This document shows, piece after piece, positions 1 through 10,300 of a stretch of DNA of 64,000 nt. This DNA is from Saccostrea cucullata. Lineage: Eukaryota. The stretch lies in NCBI RefSeq assembly GCF_032062105.1, contig NW_026937907.1, positions 1-64,000 of the forward strand. The letters run 5' to 3'. Position 1 is the first letter of the stretch. Each line of letters opens with the position of its first letter. The position numbers were made by a program, and so were the translations under genes. The notes below the pieces were generated by a model. It searched no databases. It saw nothing but the letters and a program-made list of their open reading frames with translations, and was not told the DNA's origin.

Positions 1-436
1 GAATGTACATTACTATGATTAGTAACCAAAAAGAAAAAAAATCTTACTGATTTTATTAAAGTTATGCTCTGAAATACATCCATAAAACAGCTTTTGTCTT
101 ACTGTTGGCTTAATGACAAGCCTTTCTTACATTTATTTTTATATTTAATGATAAAATTCCTTCGTCTAAACATTTTTCCGATATATCGATATTACAAAAC
201 CGCATTGCAATACGATATTTTTTGTCATTGTATTGCTATATACCGAAATATTGATAATTTTTGCCCAGCCCTACTAGTACTAATTTTTGTGGATTCAGAA
301 ACTCATGTATATTTGCTTTCTACATGTATCATTTAAAACTATATGTAATATAAAAACTTGTGTGTTTTCAGCTGTCTGTCTGTCCTTTTTTAGAATTATT
401 GTGATGTAATTTAAAACTTGAATTAAATCCATGCAG

Positions 437-961
437 ATTATTACCATTCAGTATTTGCATTTGATACTGATATAGTGTAGGGAAGTGTTTTCCTAGAAAT
501 CTGAGGTAAGCATTATTACCATTCAGTACTTGCATTTGATACTGATATAGTGTAGGGAAGTGTTTTCCTAGAAATCTGAGGTAAGCATTATTACCATTCA
601 GTACTTGCATTTGATACTGATATAGTGTAGGGAAGTGTTTTCCTAGAAATCTAAGGTAAGCATTATTACCATTCAGTACTTGCATTTGATACTGATATAG
701 TGTAGGGAAGTGTTTTCCTAGAAATCTAAGGTAAGCATTATTACCATTCAGTACTTGTTTTTGATACTGATATAGTGTAGGGAAGTGTTTTCCTAGAAAT
801 CTAAGGTAAGCATTATTACCATTCAGTACTTGTATTTGATACTGATATAGTGTAGGGAAGTGTTTTCCTAGAAATCTAAGGTAAGGATTATTACCATTCA
901 GTACTTGTATTTGATACTGATATAGTGTAGGGAAGTGTTTTCCTAGAAATCTGAGATAAGC
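437..961 (-). repeat. 7 x 75-bp tandem array of the LETMD1 exon 3' end plus its splice donor
   Basis: Near-identical units translate as AYLRFLGKHFPTLYQYQ(I/K/M)QVLNGNN; each contains AATG|GTAATA. Confidence 0.95.
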
Positions 962-2207
962 ATCCTTTCCTCTGGCTGCAGTATTCTTTATTCTATCCAC
1001 TAAGGAACTTGATCTTCTGATGCCAAATTGACACAATTCATTGTGATCACTTTGCTGATATGGTGCTAGATAGGTGCTGCATACAAAAGAAAAAAAATGT
1101 GTTGAATATTTTCACTTTTTGATCAAGAAGCATCCTAGAGAAAATACATTATGGAAACTGAAAAAAAAAAAATCAAAATTTAAAGTGCTGAAAAATATGA
1201 TTGGGTAAGGCTGATTTTGATGGGTCGATCGAAGTACGTCATACAAATCATTTTTTATTGTTGGCCTGGTATAATTATCAACTCAAGAAATCAAGTCTAC
1301 TATAACTTTCAAAGAGTTATCATAGAGAAAACAAATAGAAATGGAATATAAAGCTGTAACTGTACACCACCTTGTGAAGAAGTACGTCATACAAATCATT
1401 TTTTATTGTTGGCCTGGTATAATTATCAACTCAAGAAATCAAGTCTACTATAACTTTCAAAGAGTTATCATAGAGAAAACAAATAGAAATGGAATATAAA
1501 GCTGTAACTGTACACCACCTTGTGAATTATGAGGCATGGATCATAATGTTATGTGAATTAATACCAATCAATTTTAGTACTGCAGATCAGACCAATTTTA
1601 GTTACTATTGATTATCAAATCAAAACAGTATTACAGAACCATACAATCTAATATATTTGATCAATAATTTGAACTTAAATTTAAAAGTTAAATCAAATTA
1701 AAGCTATATCAATGAAACAAAATATATAAATTGCATTAGAATGGGAATAACTATCTTGTAATTTGGTATTTGCCACCGTTAATGCTGATTTCATGGTCGC
1801 AAACAACCGTTTTACCAGCTCTGTTTAAGTGTCCCCAGTAAAAATCAGTTTGCAACCATTAAATCAGCATGAGCAGTCTGAAATACGAAATTACAAGATA
1901 GATTTTACCTAATTTATCCTGGAGAAGGAAAGTAATTTTTCAATACAAATCTCTAAGACCAACTTTAATTAATTATACTTAGTAAGGAAGTTTGATATAA
2001 TATCTAAATAAAGTTATTGTGCATAGCTTAACTTGCTTGATCTGTTAATTAAGGCTATAGAGCTTGAGCTCATTATATTGCAAAATCAAACCCCTGTCAG
2101 CCTGTCTGCCCGACACTTTCACTTTCCAAGCAAAACCCACTGAAACCCTACCTTGATGAGTGAAAAGAAAACAGTAGTGGTCTTGACATCAAACGTCGGG
2201 ACAGCAT
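895..2207 (-). CDS. LETMD1: LETM1 domain-containing protein 1, first two coding exons (2207-2152, 1076-895); gene continues beyond the window start
   Basis: Spliced translation MLSRRLMSRPLLFSFHSSSTYLAPYQ...GKDAYLRFLGKHFPTLYQYQIQVLNG. It has an Arg/Ser-rich mitochondrial-type presequence and a segment resembling the LETMD1 motif YHRFLGRHFPRFY as I recall it. GT-AG sites keep frame. Probable 5' UTR exon donor near 2505. Confidence 0.75.
1231..1526. repeat. 2 x 148-bp tandem duplication in a LETMD1 intron
   Basis: gaagtacgtcatacaaatc...caccttgtgaa starts at 1231 and again at 1379. Part of the unit resembles 35330-35400, so it is probably a dispersed-repeat fragment. Confidence 0.9.
1749..1904. 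repeat. Small foldback/MITE-like inverted repeat
   Basis: Arms tatcttgtaattt...atgctgattt and aaatcagcat...aaattacaagata are imperfect reverse complements. Confidence 0.55.
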
Positions 2208-2711
2208 AACTAGAATTTGTAAAATCCTAATAAAAACTACATTTGTAAATACATATTTTCGTATTCTCACTCCTATTCTTCTTTGATAAAACTGTAAATA
2301 TTATGAACTTATGAGATCATGATCATCATGCACATGTCATTTCAAAATATTTCGTTTCCCGAACCCGATTGACATGATGAATTTCTAATATTTTTTTAAC
2401 CAAGCAAGAACTAAGATTTTAGAAGTATATTTGATTCAAACATAAGTACTCCTTAATTTTTTTAAATAATTTTTTTAAAATAGTATTTACAATTAATTTT
2501 CATACCTCTTTCTGTAGATCTTGAGCCGTTTTCTTTCTCACTTTTACATTGCTGTCATTTATTTCCGATGTATACAAAGTGTTGTTTCACTTTCAATAAA
2601 ATTAGTTACAACAACTACAAGTGCTTAAAAGGAAACAAAGCAAGCTTGTCATGTAACGTGCTAGAGTTACTAAGAAATTTCAAACCATATTCTACGGAAT
2701 CAGGACATCAA

Positions 2712-5700
2712 ATGGAGAGGAAAATTAAGACAGTTCTTGTAGATTTGAGTGGAACAATTCATATTGAAAATGAAGAGATTGCGGGATCTTTGGATGCATT
2801 GAAAAGGCAAGATCTGATGAATCATAATGGTAATCAAGTTTTATTCACAAAATTCTTTTTATAATGGGTAAACTCTATCAAACCAGTCCCCAGATGTGAG
2901 ATTCAAAAGATGCTTGTTGCACTAGGATGGTTGGATCCACTCAAGAGATTAGGGTAGTCCTCACATGTTACTATCTAATTGTTGAATGATGCATCTAAGG
3001 TAATCTAAGATTCAGCTGGCTCTACCCCCTGCTTTTTTATATATGTGCAGGAGAGTCGTCATTCCTTTACCTGAGTTCTTGCATCTCACAAGCTAGGTCC
3101 AAATAAAATAAAGTTGTAAAATTCCGATTTCGGATTATGACCTAAATTTTTCAAAAACTTGCTTCAGATGCTGGATATGACCTAAATTTTCCAGATAAGT
3201 GACAATGGTAAAGTTTATTGACTATAACTCTGTTTTGATGTAACTTGCATGAATGCATCTAGGGAAGGGCACTACCAGACTGGCTTGGGATGCTGGAAGT
3301 GACCTACATTTTCTGGATGAGTGAGCAGGTGTAAAAGAGACAATTTGTTCCTCTGCTGGGGATTGAACCCGGGGCCTCTGGCTTGCCAGTCCAGTGCTCT
3401 ACCAATTGAGCTAAAGGGTTAACCCACTAGCCCAAGCTAGTAGGATGCCATTTATCTTATACTACTACATTGTCCCCCTCCAGAGAATGAGATGTCCTCA
3501 TCTCTTTTGGAGTGCCGACACCTGTCGGGCGAAGTTCTAGTGGCAATTACTCTCACCCGCCAGAGAACACCCGGGTCCCAACGTGGGTGCCAAATGTAAC
3601 AGAGACAATTTTGTGCCGCTGCTGGGGATTGAACCTGGGGCCTCTGGCTTGCCACTCCACTGCTCTATCAATTGAGCTAAAGGGTTAACCCACTAGCCCA
3701 AGCTAGTAGGATGACATCTATCTTACACTACTACACAGGTTTAAGTTTTTTTTTAAAGCAGGTCTGTTCCCAAGTGACTTTAAGTCCTACCTTAACCAAA
3801 CTTAATATGTCAGAATGTACGCTAAGTACATGTACAAAAAAAAATGGTGTGAGATTTGCCTTAATTACATGTATAGATAACATTTGTGGAGGTGATCGAG
3901 CTTCATAATCTTTTTATTACAATATGTTTTTAATTTGAACAGGTTGAGGAAGTCGAATTTAAACATCAAATTTGTAACAAACACCACAAAAGAATCACAG
4001 AAACTACTATTACAGAGGTTGAGAAGAATTGGCTTCAGTATTGAATCCTCAGAAATCTTCACCTCCTTAACTGCTGCAGTTAAATTAATAAAGAGAAAAT
4101 CATTACGGCCATTCCTGCTTGTAGATGACAGAGCTTTAGAGGATTTTGAAGGTAAGTAAAGTATAACTGCATTTGTTGAATAATATACTTGAGGGGCTTA
4201 GACAGATTTGAAAATAATATTTTTTCAAAGTATCTGTATTATTGTTATATCATGACTTATATGTTGCTTTAGCTAATACATGTAATTCACATGAAAATAT
4301 AACAAAAAACTTGTTTTATCTGGAAATTATTGAAACTACAATTGATATTGTTTGATTGATATATCCTTGCACTGTTTGAAGCAGTCTAATGAGCATTGAT
4401 CAAAAATATGCCACACTCATCACTGCAAGGACTAATTCATGTAAAAAAAAAATTGAATGCTTACTTAATGGTTTTCTTTATTGATTCGTCATGTGATTGT
4501 CATGTGAATGCACTTTAATTTGCAAATAAAAGTTAATTTGTATGAGTTTATTTCACATTTATTTACTATATAGTTATTACACATAAATTAATATTTTTTA
4601 CAGAGAATGACTTTTAATATATATGTCATTTGCTTTGTAGGAATTGACACCAAGTCTCCAAATGCAGTTGTGGTAGGACTAGCTCCTGAAAAATTTGAGT
4701 ATGGCAAACTCAATCAAGCTTTTCGGTTTGTATGAGATCATACTACTTATTCCCTATAGCATTGATATTAATTTTCAAAATTGATATGCAAGTTTTTATG
4801 GTAGTGTAATAAATGGAGAAATACAAAGCAATAAAGTTTGTAAAATACCTTTATAAAGTTACGTACAGCATCACAAATTGATATACATATTCAGACAGTA
4901 TCATCTTTGTGAAGTAACTATTTTGTCATAAACAGTACAATAGTATTTCATCCAAGTTTATAAGCTACATTTTGTACTATATAGCTGATATAACTTATGT
5001 TCTGAGAGGGCATGTAAGGAGCACTGGATGAGTTCTTTGACACATGAACTTTTTTTAAGGTTATTGATAGATGGAGCTGCACTTATAGCCATTCACAAAG
5101 CCAGATATTATAAGACAGCTGCTGGATTATCCCTGGGACCAGGTATAAGTCATGTAAGAGGGAGAATTCAATCTTAATTCTCATTCACTTTTAAAATAAA
5201 GTGAGGAGAACCTTGGAAATCAAACCTTTTTTTTATTTGGCAAGAAATACATGCACAGGAATGTGAAGGAAAAGCTTCTCATAAGAGCAGCAGCAACAAA
5301 TAATATAAACAAAACATAATTATGATTTTGAACTTTTGAGACAAGGGCCAGGTTTTTCAGAGTTTTTTCTCTATTTTCAATAGGGCCATTTGTAACTGGA
5401 TTAGAATATGCAGCCGATTGTAAAGCAGAAGTTGTTGGAAAACCTGAGAGAACTTTTTTCTTGTCTGCAGTAGAAGAATTTAATTGTCTTCCAGAGGAAT
5501 GTGTTATGATTGGAGATGTACAGTTTCTTATTTATTTAGAAAATCTTGCATCAATATTTTGACATATAAAATAGTGAACTTTTAAGTCATTACATAGAGC
5601 TCATTTTGAGATATGTGTGCCATGTTTGTAGGATGTTAGAGATGATATAAATGGTGCACAGAACTGTGGAATGCTGGGTATCCTTGTACAGACAGGTATA

Positions 5701-5896
5701 ATATATCAGTACTATTCAAGTTAAATAGATTATGGAGATGGATTTACACAATTTTTATTGTGTTAACATTTTATATCATTTTCCCCCAGGTAAATACAGG
5801 CCTGAAGATGAAGAAAAAATAAATCCCAAACCATACCTGACTGTTAAAGACTTTCCTGAAGCTGTTGATAAAATTTTATCTCAAAAATATTCATAA
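2712..5896 (+). CDS. HDHD2: Haloacid dehalogenase-like hydrolase domain-containing protein 2; exons 2712-2806, 3943-4151, 4641-4725, 5060-5142, 5384-5517, 5632-5695, 5790-5896
   Basis: Motifs [53 protein letters not shown] and VQTGKYR join in frame across consistent splice sites. Confidence 0.95.
3330..3735 (-). mobile_element. Non-autonomous miniature LTR retrotransposon (TRIM) with tRNA-derived LTRs, Helenus-like
   Basis: Direct repeats 3330-3469 and 3595-3735 with TGTA...TACA ends. On the minus strand a PBS-like TGGCACCCACGTTGGGAC follows the 5' LTR and a PPT GGAGGGGGACAA precedes the 3' LTR. 4-bp TSD CAGG at 3326-3329 and 3736-3739. Pol III A box TAGCTCAATTGG and B box GGTTCAATCCC lie inside the LTRs. 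Confidence 0.9.
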
Positions 5897-6271
5897 ATTA
5901 GAAGTAAGATAATTTAACAAAGAAAATATTGCAAGACTCACCAGTAGATTTATCATTCTGTGTTATTCCATGCATATGTTGCATTAAATAACATGACTGC
6001 ATTTGAATTGAAAAGATTTGAAGACAATGTTCAACTGAACTCTTACTCATACTACACTGTACATCATACCATTTATGTTGCAAGTTAGTATAAAGTTTTG
6101 TTGTGAACACTGATACATCTCCATTCTCTCTTGAATAAAATTTTTAAAATTTCAGTATGTCTTAATATTCTTTTACATGGCTTGTAGATGTATTGTGTGC
6201 CACATACATTTGCCCAGTCAAGTGCATGATTACACATGTTAAATTTACGTCTTGCTAAATTTCCATTTTTA

Positions 6272-6495
6272 CAGTATAAGCGGAAATTTTAGCAAGACGC
6301 ATATTCAACAATTTGTCCTGAAATATTGCAGTCTTATTTTAGTGAGATATGATTTAGCGATTTGGAAATGCCCACTAAAGAAGCAAATTATAAATAATAC
6401 AGAATCAATTTTTAGCGATGTACAATTTTAGCAATTACAATATCCTTACTAATAATGCCAAAATTAAATCCTTGCTAAAAATTCTGCTTATACGG
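6272..6495. mobile_element. Tc1/mariner-type MITE
   Basis: TA-flanked imperfect TIRs CAGTATAAGCGGAAATTTTAGCAAG / CTTGCTAAAAATTCTGCTTATACGG. Confidence 0.7.
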
Positions 6496-7320
6496 TATTT
6501 ATCCCCAAAACAAACCTTCATGTTATGCAAGAGCTCTTCTACATGCAGTAATTTGTTGATAGCCTGGACATAAAAATAAATTTCATACTTGACCTTGTCC
6601 AACTAACCCTGACAAAGAGTCCAGCCTTCACAGGCAACTGTACACAATAAGCAATTCTTTTTCTCCACAAAATTGTAATAGTTCAACTCATGTAATTTAA
6701 GGATTTCAACATTATTGCTACATTGCAAAACATTTCAATTCATTTCCCATACTTTTTACCAAAACTTTGGATGCTCATTACTGCTACTCATTTATCAGTA
6801 AGACAACTCATTATCACTTCATAACAATTAAATCCTCCAGCACGCAATGTCACCCTTCCTGTATAATACACTTGACTCACCATGTTATATGAACACAACT
6901 CGACTCACAAAGTAATCATTACTTTAATATATAAAATAAATATTGCACTTGTTACAAAATACAAATATAATCTTTACACTCATGTATAAATGACCCTACC
7001 GCATTTTCTCATTTAAGGTGGAATGAACACAGAAGCCAGGGGCCACATTGCTCACCTTAATTCCACTGGTCTATCTGCTCACAAGGAAAAAAAATTTGAA
7101 AGATTTTCCCCCTCTATGTTCCATTATAAATGTTTAATCCCATACTGTGACCCCCCTGGGTCATGATCTGGAAGAACCTGAGTTTTGGAGAGGTCAAAAC
7201 TTAAAATTTGTTCAAGAAAGCTTGTTTATGCTTTAGTGCAGTTTTAATTGGCAAAATTAAAAAGTTCTGTAAATGAGTTGTTTTGGCCATTTTGAACAAT
7301 AAAGGAATCCATTAACTTCA

Positions 7321-10300
7321 CTAAAACCTGGTCAGCTTGATAGGGAAGTTTTCAGTCACCAAATGATTGTCTTGAAACACAATAACTATGTTGATTTCAA
7401 AGTCTGAAAAGAAACATAAAATCAGGTTTAGGTACAACAATTAACTAAGATTAAAATAATATCACATTCAATTCATTTCACCTGCAAATACATACTGCTG
7501 TATTATATACTAACCAACTTTGAAATTATTGGTTGAAAGTGTTGGGCAGGTGAAAAGTCGAGGGAAAATCATCCATATAGGGATTGAGATACCACGGCAG
7601 ACATCTCCATCAGCTATCTGGATATTCTGGATCTCTGTGGCTGTGTATAAAGATTTCTCAGTTCTGTATTTTTTAATGAAGCATATACTGCGTGACAGAG
7701 GAAGGGACTACAATATGGAGTCCAATTTTAACATGGGAATTTTTAAATAAAAAGTCTTTGAAGAATCTCCTTCTTTAATACAACAGGACCCAGATGATTC
7801 AGGTATAAAGCATTGAGGACTGTTCTTATAATGATCATTTATATACATGTATATGATAGACATCAAATATTTGAGTTTTTGTAAGAAAATATACCATCTT
7901 TGGCATAACCCTCAGCACATCCACAAGTTTCTACTCGTACCAGCTGAATTTCTATTGATTTGATTTGTGTGTCACAATGTTCTACTGTTAGCTGCAAATA
8001 AAAAATCAATCTATATTTCAAAACCGATATTCATATAATTTTCTTATTTCTAAAAAGTTAAAATATGGAACATAACCACTGACTAATCAGGTTGACATTA
8101 GAATATGTTGATTTACACTACCTGAACAACTACAGACACAACGTGCATGAATTTTTTCATTATTCAGGATTTTGTCAATGCTGTTATCAACCAACACTAG
8201 TAATTCTTAGCAGAAACATAAACAACCTTTTTGTTAAATATTCCTTGTTACTTTGTAGCCAACAGGACAACAAAATTCAGGACAACAGCATTCAAAATCA
8301 TAGAAGCTATGTAGTCTGCACAGGGGACATTTTCCCCTTAATTTAAGAAAATTAGACATTAATTAAATTTGTTCCTTAATTTTATTATTACTGAAATAGT
8401 TGTATTCAAAATTTGATGATGAACTGTTATGTGTAGCTGAGAGTTTACATGATAAGAAGGTCAACACTTGAATATTAAATGCTTAAGAATTAGTGTCCAG
8501 CCTTGGACATACATTACCTATGAGTGGCTGAGTGGCTGACCTTGAACTTACTTTCCTCTAGTGATGATTTTAGACTTACCTCTTTTCTGGGTGTCTGACT
8601 GATGTCCTTAGATTTAACTCTCCTCTAAGTGGCTTTGTGTTCACCTTAGACTTACTGGTACTTCTCTTCTGGGTGGCTCAGTGGTGACCTAGGACTTATA
8701 TTATCTTAACTAAGTTGCTAAGTTATAACCTTGGACTTACCTTTCCTTTTAGTGGCTTAGTGATGACCTTGAACTTACCTCTCCTCTGAGTGGTTTAGTG
8801 ATGACCTTGGACTTACCTCTCCTCTGAATGGCTTAGTGATGACCTTGAACTTACCCCTCCTTTCAGTGGGTAATTGATGAACTTGGACTTACCTCTCCTC
8901 TTAGAGATAACCTTGAACTTACCCCTCCTTTCAGTGGGTAATTGATGAACTTGGACTTACCTCTCTTCTTAGTGGCTTAGTAAATGACCTTGAACTTACC
9001 TCTCCTCTTAATGGCTTAGTGATGCACATCACAGCTGAGTCTAACTTTCCTTTGACCTTGAACTTTGGCACATTCTGTTTCTAGAGTTCAGAGTAGAAGT
9101 TTGTAAGAAGGGATCTGTTATAATTTTTTCACAAAAATTTAATCTTAAAATTAATACATACATTCATTTCATTTTCTACATTTTCAAATTTAAAATTCAA
9201 CTCCTACAGATTTTACAGTGCTAGTGACTGTAAAGAAAATGTATTGTTATCAGATAAATCCATAAGAGATAATTAACAAAAAAACTAGCACATGCCAGCA
9301 ACCTTACTTCTTTAACATTTGTCAGGGTCTCAGGTGAGATTGTAAACTGTACAGGTTTTGGTGTAGACTTGGCTTTATCCTGCTCTTCCTGTTCATCAAT
9401 ATAAAACTGTATTGGTGCAATATAATGTAAGGAAAAAATTTACTTATTTAACATACAGTTAATACATGGCAATCAAACAAGGTTTAAAGGGTAATGGAAA
9501 TGGGTAGCAATTCTTTTATATGTTTTAGAGTTTGGCGAAATAAAACCAACAAAAAAAACCGCATCGAAATCGATGCAAGTTTAACGGAGTTATTGCCCGT
9601 TGAAAGCGTCTATTTTTACCTGTTATGAAAATCCAATCAAGCAAAAATAGAATCGATCGAAAACGAGGCTATATCGCCGTGACGTCACTACATGGACAGA
9701 TTAGGCGGATTAGTATGGATTACAACGAGATTAGTTCCGACAACAACGACGATATCAGCCTTGATATGTCAGATGGATCTTCAGTTTTTGATGAACCAGA
9801 TGGATTGGGTGTCGAACTTGGTACAAGACCTTACCAGTTTGAGCCAGAAGCCGATTCTGACGAGGAATTGGTAGATGAAAACAACACACAGCCCAGCGAG
9901 GACGAGCGCTTGGGGAGTACTGACTGGTTAGAAAATGGCATTTTTTCCAATTAGATTGCTTAATGTGACATATGTAGTCCAATATTTAGACTTAATAACC
10001 ATATAAAGCAACATAAATTGCGTAATTTACTTAGGGTATGGCTGAACTATGAACATTTTCTGCGGAAAGGTGATTGCCTTCAAGGCATCGTACTTTTACC
10101 TTCTTGTTTGATTACTGGCAAATCTTTTACCAAAAAATCACATTCACTATAGGATCATGATAACCCTCCTATAAAATATGTTGGCTAAATTTTAGCTAAA
10201 TGTTTCGTTATTATTTTTAGGCTTTTTAATATTGGACCTATGTATAATATTGTTTGAATACACTGTGCCTATACTGTGGTTTCCTTAGTTACATTACAAA

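Noticed and set aside
437-961. CRISPR-like array or stand-alone 222-aa repeat protein (ORF 368-1036)
   Set aside because: Units are contiguous with no unique spacers, and the context is eukaryotic. The ORF is a LETMD1 exon read through into its repeat and intron.
3345-3690. Two tRNA genes (Ala-GGC-like)
   Set aside because: Acceptor stems are poor and both copies lie inside LTRs bounded by PBS, PPT and TSD, so they are parts of the TRIM.
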